From contig JAVKHQ010000022.1 in NCBI GenBank assembly GCA_031459875.1, forward strand, positions 1 to 45,938: a stretch of 45,938 nucleotides of DNA, given 5' to 3'. A program made the position numbers and the translations under genes. Below the pieces are notes generated by a model that did no database searches, was not told the DNA's origin, and was given only the letters and a program-made list of their open reading frames with translations. Shown piece after piece: positions 28,636-37,927 of the stretch (its first letter is position 1; each line of letters begins with the position of its first letter). This DNA comes from Candidatus Fervidifonticultor sextus (lineage in GTDB: Bacteria; Sysuimicrobiota; Sysuimicrobiia; Sysuimicrobiales; Humicultoraceae).

Positions 28636-30781
28636 GTCCTCCACTTCCCCCACCACTGCGGGGCACCTCGACGGCCACGGTCGTCCCTCGGCCAGGCGCA
28701 CTGCGGACGGCCAGGCGGCCACCGATCCAGGCCGCGCGCGCCTGCATGTTCCCCAGTCCCTCGCCGCCCGCGCGCGGGGCGTCCGGGTCGAAACCGCACC
28801 CGTCATCGCGCACCTCCAGGCGGAGGTGCGCCCCGTCACCCTCCAGGCGCACCTCGGCCTGGCTCGCCCGGCTGTGCCTGACGGCGTTCGCCAGGGCCTC
28901 GCGCACGATCATGAGCACCTGCGCGCGGTCGCCCTCGGGCAGGTCGACCGTCCGGTCCTGCGCCTGGATGCGGACGATGAACGGCGCGGTGGCGCTCACC
29001 TCGCCGACCAGGGCCTCCAGGGCCTCGATCAGGGGACGGTCGGTCTCCTTGCGCCGATGGAGACCCCGGACGAACGCCCGGATCTCGTCCGTCACCTTTG
29101 CCATGGCCGCCAGGCATTGCCCCATGCGTTCGGATGCTGCCGCAGGGTCTGCCAGGACGGCCGACCGGGCCGCCTCCAGCGCCAGCGCGATGCCGTAGAG
29201 GGACTGCAGGGTGCTGTCGTGCAGGTCCCGCCCGATCCGTTCGCGCTCTTCGAGTACCGCCAGGTGATGAAGCTGCTCGTGGAGGTCGGCGCTGCGCATC
29301 GCGATGGCCGCCAGGTTGGCCAGGCCTGCCAGCAGGCTGCCGGCGCGGGCATCGAGCCCGACCTGCCCGCGCGAGCCGACGCACAGCGCGCCCTGGACCA
29401 CGCCGTCGAGGACCAGGGGCGCCACCGCGTGCGACCGCTGGTAGGCCGGGCGCAGCACCGGACATCCGCCCCCTGCGGTCCTGGGCAACCGCAGCCTGTT
29501 CGGCCCGGCACACAGCGGGGCCGCGCCGGGGATGACGGCGTCTGCGGCGCCGCTGACGGCCGCCGCCGTCCCGCGCCACCGCTCGCCGGCCAGACACACC
29601 ACGGCCACCTCTGCACCAAGCAGCCGGCGCGCGTGGTCGGCGACCGCCTGGAGCACGCCGCCGAGGTCCGGACGGGCCAGCACCTCCCGGCTGACCTCGT
29701 AGAGGGCGTGCGCCTCGGCCTCGCGTCGGGTGAGATCGTCCAGCAGCGCCCGCAGCCGCTCGCGCATGGCGTCGAAACTCTCCGCCAGCTCACCGATCTC
29801 GTCGCGGCGTTCGACCGGGACGGTGCCCTCCAGGTCCCCTGCCGCGATCCGGCGCGTCTGCGTCGCCAGACACCGCAGCGGCCGGATGACCATCCCGGTG
29901 TCCCACCAGGCGAAGGCCAGCGCGACCAGCAAGGCGACGATCCCGAAGCCGACCATGCGCGTGCGCATCCGGGCCACCGGGGCCAGCGTCTCGGCTTCGG
30001 TCTCACCGAAGCTCACACCCCAGGGGGCGACGCGCGAGGGCGCAAACGCCATGATGTGCTGCTCGATGGGGACGTGGTTCCTGTAGTACGCTGCCGGCCC
30101 CACCCTCGCCTCGCGGCGGGCGATCAGGGCAGCGTGGAAGTCGGGGTGCTCGTCGGCGCCGAAGCGGTCGTCGGCATCGGTGGACGCCAGGATCATCCCC
30201 CGGGCGTCGACGATGACCGCGTGGCCGGTCCGGCCGAGCTGGACCCCGCCGATGTAACGGTCAAGCGGCAGCCGGGACAGGTCTGCGGCCGCACACAGGG
30301 CCCCGGGGTCCGCCGCCACGCACACCAGGACGATCGGCACCGCTGTCCGGGGTGCCGCCACCAGGTCCGAGATGGCCATCCGGCTCCCTGCCAGGACCTT
30401 CCGGACGGCTTCCACGTCTGCCAGGGAGACCCCACGGTCGGACTGCCGCCGGCGGCCGGCCTGCACGACGGTGCCCCGGGCGTCGAGCAGGTAGAGGCTG
30501 TAGGAGGCCAGGGGTTCCTGCGCGGCCAAGCCGTCCCATCGCGCCGCGGCGCCGGGGTCGGAGAGCCGGTGCAGGTCGAGGGACGCCGCCATGCCGGCCA
30601 GGTGCTGCACCGTACGCAGCAGGGCATCATCCAGCCGCTCGGCTAGGGCGCGCGCCGTGATCAGGCGCTCCTCGAGCAGGCGCTGTTTGCTCTCCTGGAG
30701 CATCTGGACGCCGGAGAAGCCGAGGACCACCATAACGGCGGTGAGACCGACGGCCACGGCCGCCAGGATCCGGAGCCGCAA
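28598..30781 (-). CDS. Membrane sensor kinase (Cache-like periplasmic domain, HAMP, GAF, HisKA_3, HATPase)
   Basis: Two TMs, 'RRDEIGELAESFDAMR', 'ERERIGRDLHDSTLQ', 'DDGCGFD...GLGNM'; start codon uncertain (TTG 30781 chosen, no clear RBS). Confidence 0.85.
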   Translation of the reverse strand: MRLRILAAVAVGLTAVMVVLGFSGVQMLQESKQRLLEERLITARALAERLDDALLRTVQHLAGMAASLDLHRLSDPGAAARWDGLAAQEPLASYSLYLLDARGTVVQAGRRRQSDRGVSLADVEAVRKVLAGSRMAISDLVAAPRTAVPIVLVCVAADPGALCAAADLSRLPLDRYIGGVQLGRTGHAVIVDARGMILASTDADDRFGADEHPDFHAALIARREARVGPAAYYRNHVPIEQHIMAFAPSRVAPWGVSFGETEAETLAPVARMRTRMVGFGIVALLVALAFAWWDTGMVIRPLRCLATQTRRIAAGDLEGTVPVERRDEIGELAESFDAMRERLRALLDDLTRREAEAHALYEVSREVLARPDLGGVLQAVADHARRLLGAEVAVVCLAGERWRGTAAAVSGAADAVIPGAAPLCAGPNRLRLPRTAGGGCPVLRPAYQRSHAVAPLVLDGVVQGALCVGSRGQVGLDARAGSLLAGLANLAAIAMRSADLHEQLHHLAVLEERERIGRDLHDSTLQSLYGIALALEAARSAVLADPAAASERMGQCLAAMAKVTDEIRAFVRGLHRRKETDRPLIEALEALVGEVSATAPFIVRIQAQDRTVDLPEGDRAQVLMIVREALANAVRHSRASQAEVRLEGDGAHLRLEVRDDGCGFDPDAPRAGGEGLGNMQARAAWIGGRLAVRSAPGRGTTVAVEVPRSGGGSGGRGDRPSATAHRG

Positions 30782-30871
30782 ACTGAAACGCCTGTGCGTC
30801 GGCGTCCCCCCTGCCGGGACAGGCCTCCGGCCGCTCCACCACCACTGCCGGAGCCTGTGGCGTGTGCCGTC

Positions 30872-30917
30872 AGCGTATCGGGGTTTCCCCTCGGGGTCTA
30901 TCGGGCGACGGACGGAT
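30872..30917 (-). promoter_or_regulatory. Sensor kinase promoter: box ATCCGT-CCGTCG-CCCGAT (30917-30900) plus -10 TACGCT (30877-30872)
   Basis: 22-nt spacer. Confidence 0.6.
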
Positions 30918-30923
30918 GCGGGC

Positions 30924-30957
30924 GGCGCCCGCGGGCCCGGAGAGGCTCGCGGGCGCC
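30924..30957 (-). terminator. 14-bp hairpin after the rhodanese gene
   Basis: GGCGCCCGCGGGCC-N6-GGCTCGCGGGCGCC with one mismatch; no U-tract. Confidence 0.5.
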
Positions 30958-30981
30958 TGCTTGTGCAAGGATCAGTGTACG

Positions 30982-31419
30982 TTACTTCACTACCGGGAAG
31001 TTCTGGGCCGTCCACTCCCGCATGCCCAGCGCCATGGTCTTCGCGTTGGTGTAGCCCAGCAGCCGCAGCGTCATGGTCACGTAGCTCGCCCGCAGGCCCG
31101 AGACGCAGATCACAACGATCTCGGCGTTCTTGTCGGCCGGCAGCCTGTCCAGATTCCTGGGCAGGGTCCGGATCGGGACGTTCACGGCGCCCTGGATGCG
31201 GCCGGCCTCGAACTCCGCCGCCTCCCGCACGTCGAGCAGGAACGGCCTCTCGCCGGCATCCAGCCGGGCCTTGAGCGCCGGGGGCATGATGCTGTGGTAG
31301 TCGGCGGGCAGGTTCGCGAGGAACCCGAACAGCGCTTCCTGAACCGGTGAGGTCTGCGCCACCGCGGTCGGGGCGGCCGCGAGCGCGACCAGCAGGGCGA
31401 CGGTCAACAACCTTTTCAT
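30982..31419 (-). CDS. Exported single-domain rhodanese (sulfurtransferase)
   Basis: Signal peptide ending AVA-Q; 'LDVREAAEFEAGRIQGA'; active-site loop CVSGLR; GGAGG RBS. Confidence 0.9.
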   Translation of the reverse strand: MKRLLTVALLVALAAAPTAVAQTSPVQEALFGFLANLPADYHSIMPPALKARLDAGERPFLLDVREAAEFEAGRIQGAVNVPIRTLPRNLDRLPADKNAEIVVICVSGLRASYVTMTLRLLGYTNAKTMALGMREWTAQNFPVVK

Positions 31420-31437
31420 CGCGTCATTCCTCCTCCC

Positions 31438-32751
31438 TCATCGTGGTGGAATCGGTCTGGGCGGCGCGGTGACCACCTGACCGTTGGCCTGCGAGTCCCC
31501 GGGATTGAGGTCCTGGAGCCGCAGGAACAGGTTCGGGTTGTTGTGACAGGCGTCGCACGTCCGGCTGCGCGCCGTGACCCGCTGGATGTTGTGGGGCGTG
31601 GCGGGTTTCCACGTGGGGATCCTGTCGAAGTTGGCCAGCGTGTTGGGCAGCCGGGTCAGCCGGTCGATCATGTCCGGCGTGGTCGGCACGTGGCGCAGCA
31701 GCATGTAGACATAGGGCAGGTCGCGACTCGTGTTGCGGCCGATCTTGAGGGTCGGCCGCGAGGTCGAGCCTTCCCCCGCATGGCAGCCGTCGCAGCTCTT
31801 GATGATCCCGCCGTGGCAGACCGCGCAGTGCAACTTGCCGCCGTGGACGTTGTGGGCCTGCAGCCGGCTCTTCCCGGGCGCCGCCGTGGGATGGCAGTCG
31901 GTGCACGCCGGCTTGGCCCTCACGGCGCGGCGGGTGGGCGGTGCGCTGCCGTCCCCGTGCAGTTGCGTGGCGCTGTGGCAGGAGGTGCAGGTCATCTTCG
32001 CCTTGGAGAAGTGCACGTCGGCGGGGAAGCCTTCGTAGGTCCCGGTGAACTCGGCGGCCACCCGGCCCGAGTGGCAGCCGTGGCACGTCTGTTCCACCGG
32101 CGGCGATTTCACGAACTCGTGCCCTTTCAAGAGCCCGCCCAGGATGGCAGGCGGCGCCGGCTGATAGGGCGGCCGGCTGACGTGGCAGTCCCCGCAGGTC
32201 GCGTGGCAGCTCTGGCACGACCGCCGATAGACGGGTCTGGCTGCCGTCCAGCGCACGGTTCCCACCAACGCGCGCAGCCCGTTCTCCAATCCCCGCGTCG
32301 TGAAGTGCAGGCTCTTCGCAAACCGGCTCGCGATCTCGGCGTGGCACCCCCCACAGGTCTGCACCGGGTTCGCCGACGGCCGGCGGATCAGCCCGCTGTG
32401 CGCGCTCTTGATATCGAGGGTCTGGGGCTGCCCGGCGTGGCAGGTGGTGCAGCCGAGCTGACCGTGGGTGGAGTTCAAGAACGCCGGTGAGACCAGTTTG
32501 CGTTCGACGGGCGCCCCCGACGGGGGCAGGGGGGCCGCTCACCCTTCACCCTCGGCTGGCGGCGGCGGCAGGGGCGGGACCAGCGGCTCCAACCGCGCCC
32601 GGTCCGTGTGGCAGGCCACGCACCCGTTGCGAGCCTGGCCCGACGGCGCCGGCGGTGCGGCAGCCCCCAGCAGCAGGGCCACGACGGCCACCGTGGCGGC
32701 CAGGGGGGTCAGCCAGCCGATCCGCGCAGTTCGCGTCGGCGTCGGGCGCAT
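31438..32751 (-). CDS. Predicted selenocysteine-containing 11-heme cytochrome c (437 aa, Sec71 at UGA 32541-32539)
   Basis: Signal peptide + CVACH ORF ends AEGEG-TGA and continues in frame without stops (AAPLPPSGAPVERKLVSPAFLNSTHG) into ten more CxxCH motifs; SECIS-like hairpin follows the UGA. Confidence 0.8.
32513..32527 (-). ncRNA. Bacterial SECIS-like hairpin GCCCCC-GUC-GGGGGC
   Basis: Starts 11 nt after the in-frame UGA; apical loop begins with GU. Confidence 0.65.
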
Positions 32752-33170
32752 CACGCCACCTGCCTCCGGATTTGCGCCTCGCGTTCCTTGGCGCGGTGCA
32801 TCACACACAGGATCGCCTGCAGCCACTCGGGATCGATGCGGTCGCGCGGCACGCAGGCACACGCCCCCGCCTGCCAGGCGGCCGCCCGGTACTCGCGGCT
32901 GGACTCCGGCAGCAGCACCAGCAGGCGCAGGCCCGGGTGCTCGACCGCTAGCCCCTCCAGCGCGCCCAGCAATCCGGAGGGGACCAGATGCCAGTCCAGC
33001 AGCAGGACATCGGGCGACCAGGCGGCGAGCCGGTCGCGCGCCTGGGCCAGGGTTGCGGCGTCTTCGACTTCGATCGGGACGGGCAGCAGGGCGCGGGTCG
33101 CCTCAGCCAGGTCTCTGAGCGCACTGCGGAATCCTGGGTCGGCTGCCGCCACCAACACCCGAAACGCCAT
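32751..33170 (-). CDS. Stand-alone atypical receiver-domain protein
   Basis: REC pattern 'RVLVAAAD...PDVLLLDW...AGACACVPR'; TGATG-coupled to the cytochrome. Confidence 0.75.
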   Translation of the reverse strand: MAFRVLVAAADPGFRSALRDLAEATRALLPVPIEVEDAATLAQARDRLAAWSPDVLLLDWHLVPSGLLGALEGLAVEHPGLRLLVLLPESSREYRAAAWQAGACACVPRDRIDPEWLQAILCVMHRAKEREAQIRRQVA

Positions 33171-33188
33171 GCGGCCGTCACCACGTCC

Positions 33189-33256
33189 ATCGTGGCGCGG
33201 CGGCGCCGGGAGCGGAATCGGGAGGTCTCTGAGACCTTCGGGAGGAATTCCCCGAC
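33189..33256 (-). promoter_or_regulatory. Promoter of the receiver-cytochrome-rhodanese operon: -10 CACGAT (33194-33189), box ending ACCTCCCGAT (33234-33217), second box 33239-33256
   Basis: 22-nt spacer; 10 bp identical to the nos box; tandem box 22 bp upstream (23 bp at nos). Confidence 0.55.
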
Positions 33257-33304
33257 AGGGCCTCGGGTCGGCAACCGAACCGGGATGGACCGGGGCGGGC
33301 CGGG

Positions 33305-33967
33305 CTACACGTCCTCGCTCAGCAGCCCCCGGCGCAGCGCGTAGCGCACCAGGTCGGCCCGCGTGGACAGTTCCAGCTTCTCCATGATGCGGGCGCGGTA
33401 GGTCTCGACGCTCTTGGGGCTGAGGCTGAGCTGCGCGGCGATTTCGCGTGCGGTGTAGCCCGAGGCCACCAGCCTCAGCACCTCGCGTTCGCGCTCGCTC
33501 AGCCGATCATAGCCGTCCTGCTCCTCGCCGGACTGGACGCGCGCGACGAAGTCTTCGAGCAGGCGGCGGGCGGCCCCCGGTTGCAGGAACGCACCCCCTG
33601 AGGCTACCGTGCGCACGGCTTCCACCAGTTCGGTATCGGCGGCGGTCTTGTTGAGGTAACCGGCGGCTCCGGCCTTGAGGACCGGGAACAGGTAGCGCTC
33701 CTGGGCATGGACGGTGAGGATGAGGACCTGGGAGGGCAGATCCAGCCTGCGGATCTGCCGCGTGGCCTCCAGGCCGTCCTGGCCGGGCATGCTGATGTCC
33801 ATGATGATCACGTCCGGCCGCAGGCGCTGCGCCAGAGCCACGGCCTCGCGCCCGTCCCCGGCCTCGCCGACTACGCTCATGTCGGGCTCCTGCTCCAGCA
33901 GGGCCCGCAGGCCGGTCCGCAGGACCGGGTGGTCGTCGGCCAGCAGCACGCGGATGCGCTTGGTCAT
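33305..33967 (-). CDS. NarL/NreC-family response regulator
   Basis: 'LADDHPVLRTGL', 'MDISMPG', 'LSEREREVL...SPKSVETYRARIMEKL'. Confidence 0.92.
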   Translation of the reverse strand: MTKRIRVLLADDHPVLRTGLRALLEQEPDMSVVGEAGDGREAVALAQRLRPDVIIMDISMPGQDGLEATRQIRRLDLPSQVLILTVHAQERYLFPVLKAGAAGYLNKTAADTELVEAVRTVASGGAFLQPGAARRLLEDFVARVQSGEEQDGYDRLSEREREVLRLVASGYTAREIAAQLSLSPKSVETYRARIMEKLELSTRADLVRYALRRGLLSEDV

Positions 33968-35055
33968 GTCGTCTGCCCCTCGCCGGCAAGATCGACCTGC
34001 GCGACGATCGTGGTGCCCCCTCCCGGGGCCGACCGCACGTCCAGACGTCCGCCGACCAGCGCTATGCGCTCGCGCATCCCGGCCAGGCCCAGTCCGCCGG
34101 TGCCGCTTCGCGCCCGGGCGGGATCGAAGCCGCTCCCGTCGTCTTCCACCTCCAGAACCACGCGCGATCCGGCTCGATGCAGCCGGACCCAGGCCTGCCG
34201 GGCTCCGGCGTGACGGCGCACGTTGGTCAGGGCCTCCTGGGCGACGCGGTAGAGGGCAAGTTCCACCTCGCGGGGCAGACGGCCGTCCAGACCGTCGACC
34301 GTGAGCGTCATCCGCGTGGGCCCCGCGGCGGTGAGGCTGTCGACGTGGGCGTGCAGGGCATCGACCAGCCCCAGGTCGTCGAGCATCGACGGGCGGAGTT
34401 CCAGGGCAATCCGCCGCACGTCCTCCAGCGCGCGCGCCGTCAGGTCGCGGAGTTCGGCCAGCCGCTGCCGCACCTCATCCGGACCGTGGGCCTGCTCCAG
34501 CAGCCGCAACCGGACCAGCAGCGAGGTGATGGACTGCGCGGCCTCATCGTGCAGTTCGCGGGCGATCCGCCGGCGCTCCTCCTCCTGCGCGCGCAGGATC
34601 TGGCCGGGCAGGCGCCGCAGCCGCTCGGTGTGATCTTCCAGGGCGGCGAGCATCTGGTTGAAGGTGTCGGCCAGGTGGTCGAAACGCTCGTCCGAGGGGC
34701 CCGTCCGGGCGACCCGCACTCCCCTCTGGCCGGCCCGCACCGCATCCACGGCCCGCTGCAGGTGGTCCAGCGGCCTCAGGACGGCCCGCAGCACGAGGAA
34801 GTTCGCCACCAGACTGACGGCCACGCCGGCGAGCGCGAACATCGCCATGAGGTCGTAGTGCGGGGCCTCGGGATGCCGCGCGCCGTGGCCGACGGCGATC
34901 GCCGTCCCCGCCACGGCTCCCAGGGCCACGACGAGCGCGTTGGCGCCGAGGATCTTGTACAGCAGTGGGACGCGCGCCAGCCACCGGAGCACCCCGGTGA
35001 GCGTGCCGCCAGGAGCGCTCGCATCCGCTCGGGTGCCGACGACCTCTCGTTCCAT
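33964..35055 (-). CDS. Two-TM HAMP HisKA_3 sensor kinase with very short extracytoplasmic loop
   Basis: 'RRIARELHDEAAQSIT', 'LRPSMLDDLG', 'QEALTNVRRHA', 'DDGSGFD'. Confidence 0.9.
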   Translation of the reverse strand: MEREVVGTRADASAPGGTLTGVLRWLARVPLLYKILGANALVVALGAVAGTAIAVGHGARHPEAPHYDLMAMFALAGVAVSLVANFLVLRAVLRPLDHLQRAVDAVRAGQRGVRVARTGPSDERFDHLADTFNQMLAALEDHTERLRRLPGQILRAQEEERRRIARELHDEAAQSITSLLVRLRLLEQAHGPDEVRQRLAELRDLTARALEDVRRIALELRPSMLDDLGLVDALHAHVDSLTAAGPTRMTLTVDGLDGRLPREVELALYRVAQEALTNVRRHAGARQAWVRLHRAGSRVVLEVEDDGSGFDPARARSGTGGLGLAGMRERIALVGGRLDVRSAPGGGTTIVAQVDLAGEGQTT

Positions 35056-35063
35056 CCGATTTC

Positions 35064-35109
35064 ACCCTACCGGCCGGGTGGCACGGCGGCCATCGGGCGG
35101 GGGACGTAT
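35064..35109 (-). promoter_or_regulatory. Two-component operon promoter: box ATACGT-CCCCCG-CCCGAT (35109-35092) plus -10 TAGGGT (35069-35064), probably near-leaderless
   Basis: 22-nt spacer; ATG lies 8 nt after the -10 with no RBS. Confidence 0.6.
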
Positions 35110-35136
35110 GGGTGCGGCGGCTGCCGGAGCCCCTGC

Positions 35137-37263
35137 CTAGGCGGAAGGCGGCGCGATCCGAATCCTCACGTCGGCCACCGCCCCGCCCTGGCCCTGCGGG
35201 TAGACGAACATGGGGTTGATGTCGAGTTCGGCGATCTCAGGGCACTCGACGGCCATCTGCGAGAGGCGCAGCAGGCAGGTCGTGATCGTCTCGATGTCCG
35301 ACGGCGGCTCGCCCCGCGCGCCCCTGAGGATGGCCGCGGTCTTGGTCTCCTCGACCATGCGCAGCGCGCTGTACTCGCGGATCGGTGCCAGGCGGAACGT
35401 CACATCCTTGAGCACCTCCACGTAGATGCCGCCCAGCCCAAACAGCAGCACGGGCCCGAACTGCGGATCGTGGGTGAGGCCCAGGATCACCTCGTGCCCG
35501 CGGCGGGCCATGGCCTGGACGAGGAAGCCCTGGAGCCGGGCGTCCGGGCGGTGGCGGCGGACGGAGTCGAGCATCGCCTCGCACGCGGCGACGACCTCCG
35601 CCTGTGAGGTCAGGTTGAGGCGCACGCCGTCCACATCTACCTTGTGGATGATCTCCGGAGCGACGATCTTCACCGCCACCGGAAACCCGATGGCGGCCGC
35701 CCGCTCCGCCGCCTCGCAGGGGTTCGAGGCCGTCGCCCACGGCAGGAGCGGCAGGCGGTAGGCCTCCAGCAGTTCCATCGCCAGCGACTCGACGAGGAAT
35801 CCCGGCACCGCGCCGGCGATGATGGCCCGTGCGCGAGCGCGATCCACATCGTCGAACGTCCGGTAGCCCGTGCGCGGCCGGGTGATCCACCGCCGGTAGC
35901 GGGCCATGGCCGCCAGCGTCCGCGCGATGGCCTCGGGGAAGGGGTAGTGCGGGATCCCACCTTCCTCCAGGCGCGCCACCCCGGCCTCCACCGCCAGGGC
36001 ACCCACGAAGGAGGCCAGGACCGGCTTCCCGGCCTCGCGGGCGCGGCGGACCACGGCCTGGGCGGTAGCCTCGACATCGATGGTCGCCTGGCGCGTGACC
36101 AGCACGATCACTGCGTCGACTGCGGGGTCGGCCAGGACAGCCTGCAGGACCGCGTCGTAGCGCCGGTCGTCGGCGTCGCCGATGATGTCCACGGGATTCG
36201 CCAGACTCGCCTCGGGCGTGGTGGCGCGGCGCAGGGCGGCCGTCGTCTCATCGGCGAACCTGGCGAGCTCCAGCCCTTCCCGGATGCAGGCATCGGTGGC
36301 CAGGATGCCCGGCCCGCCCGCGTTGGTCACGATGGCGACCCGCCGCTCGCTCGGGATCGGCTGGCGCGAGAACGCCGCCGCGTAGTCGAAGAGTTCTTCG
36401 ACGCTCTGGACGCGCAGCACGCCGCCCTGCGCGAAGATGGCGTCGTAGACCTCGTCGGCGCCGGCCAGCGACCCCGTGTGGCTGGAGACCGCCCGCGCGC
36501 CCGCCGGCGTGCGGCCGGCCTTCAGCACCAGGATGGGCTTGGGCGGGTGCTGTTCGCTGATCTCGCGCGCCGCCTCAAGGAAGCGGCGACCCTCCGAGAG
36601 CTGCTCGACGTAGAGCAGGATGACCCCGGTGTCCGGATCGGCCGCCAGGAGGTCGAGGAGTTCCAGTTCGGTGACGTCGGCCTTGTTCCCCAGGTTGAAG
36701 ACCTTGGAGAACCCGATGCGCTTGGTCCACGCGTAGTCCAACGCGGCGGCCGTCAGCGCCCCCGACTGCGAGATGAAGCCGATGTTGCCGGCGTACGGGA
36801 TCTGGGCCGCGAAGGTCGCGTTGAGCCGGACGTCTGGTGCGGTGTTGATCACGCCCAGGCAGTTGGGACCGATGAGCGCAAACCCCCAGCGGGCGACGCG
36901 CTCGCGCACCTCGGCCTCGCGCCGGCGTCCCTCCTCCCCCACCTCGCGGAAGCCGCCCGAGACGACCACCACGCCCCGTACCCCGCGCTGCCCGCACTCG
37001 TCCAGGACCCCGGGGACGAGCCGGGCCGGGGTGATCACGACCGCCAGGTCCACGGGGTCGGGGACCTCCAGCACCGACGGATAGGCTCGGACTCCGCCGA
37101 CGGCTCGCGCCGCGGGATTCACCGGGTGGACCGCCCCCTGGAACCCGCCGGCGAGGAGGTTGCGGAAGATGGCGTGCCCGACCTTGGACGGGTCACGGGA
37201 CGCGCCGATGACGGCGATGGTCGATGGGCGGACGAAGGGCGAAAGATCGCGGGTAGACGACAT
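35137..37263 (-). CDS. ADP-forming acetate/acyl-CoA ligase, fused alpha-beta
   Basis: 'VIGASRDPSKVG', 'GPNCLG', 'SQSGA', phospho-His 'SHTGSLAG', ATP-grasp 'HKVDVDGV...ELDINP'. Confidence 0.9.
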   Translation of the reverse strand: MSSTRDLSPFVRPSTIAVIGASRDPSKVGHAIFRNLLAGGFQGAVHPVNPAARAVGGVRAYPSVLEVPDPVDLAVVITPARLVPGVLDECGQRGVRGVVVVSGGFREVGEEGRRREAEVRERVARWGFALIGPNCLGVINTAPDVRLNATFAAQIPYAGNIGFISQSGALTAAALDYAWTKRIGFSKVFNLGNKADVTELELLDLLAADPDTGVILLYVEQLSEGRRFLEAAREISEQHPPKPILVLKAGRTPAGARAVSSHTGSLAGADEVYDAIFAQGGVLRVQSVEELFDYAAAFSRQPIPSERRVAIVTNAGGPGILATDACIREGLELARFADETTAALRRATTPEASLANPVDIIGDADDRRYDAVLQAVLADPAVDAVIVLVTRQATIDVEATAQAVVRRAREAGKPVLASFVGALAVEAGVARLEEGGIPHYPFPEAIARTLAAMARYRRWITRPRTGYRTFDDVDRARARAIIAGAVPGFLVESLAMELLEAYRLPLLPWATASNPCEAAERAAAIGFPVAVKIVAPEIIHKVDVDGVRLNLTSQAEVVAACEAMLDSVRRHRPDARLQGFLVQAMARRGHEVILGLTHDPQFGPVLLFGLGGIYVEVLKDVTFRLAPIREYSALRMVEETKTAAILRGARGEPPSDIETITTCLLRLSQMAVECPEIAELDINPMFVYPQGQGGAVADVRIRIAPPSA

Positions 37264-37375
37264 GAGACCATGAGGGAACTTCGACGGGCCGCGGCGGTGC
37301 CCCTGGTGCAGCAGGGCGGTCCGAGGCGCCCGCCGGCATGTGCTATGCTGTCCCTGGGGGGCAGAGGCGAGTGCG

Positions 37376-37927
37376 GTGTTGCTGCGCGAGTTCAAGTACC
37401 AGCTCTTCGCTCCCGAGTGCCATCCGGGCGCGGAGACGCTCAACTGCCTGGCCGCCTTCTCCGACGATGTGTCGGCGGCGTTCCCGTACCTCAACGCCGT
37501 TCTGAAGGGCGCCGTCTACCGACCGGACGCCGGCATCCTGAGTTTTCGCCGCGAGGGGAAGTTCATCACGCTCTTCCCCCGCCGGGCCGCCATCACGAAG
37601 GTCATCGACGATGCCGATGCCCGGCGCACCCTGGCGTGGCTGCGTGACTTCATCAACCAGACCTACGAGGCTCGGGACACGATCACCCCCAGTTACAAGA
37701 GTTGCGACGCGCTCAAGCCGCTGGACGTCTACAAACTCCTGCCGGGTACCAACTGCGGGGAGTGCGGCGAGGCCACCTGCCTGGCGTTTGCGCTGAAGGT
37801 CGTGGCGCAGGCGGTCGAGGTCAGTGCCTGTCGGCCGCTGTTCTCGGGGCAGTACGAGTCCAAGCGCGTCCGGCTGGTGGAAGGCCTCCTGGGCGCCGGC
37901 TACGAAGTCCCCGCGAGCCTTATGTGA
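37376..37927 (+). CDS. Fe-S cluster domain protein (C-terminal LPxxNCxxCGxxxC domain)
   Basis: 'ECHPG...PYLNA...LLPGTNCGECGEATCLAFA...C'; extended -10 TGCTATGCT at 37341-37349. Confidence 0.82.
   Translation: MLLREFKYQLFAPECHPGAETLNCLAAFSDDVSAAFPYLNAVLKGAVYRPDAGILSFRREGKFITLFPRRAAITKVIDDADARRTLAWLRDFINQTYEARDTITPSYKSCDALKPLDVYKLLPGTNCGECGEATCLAFALKVVAQAVEVSACRPLFSGQYESKRVRLVEGLLGAGYEVPASLM

Noticed and set aside
32539..32541. Nonsense-mutation pseudogene or two-gene reading of the cytochrome
   Set aside because: All heme motifs are intact, the downstream part lacks an RBS and signal peptide, and a SECIS-like hairpin follows; disfavoured but not excluded.
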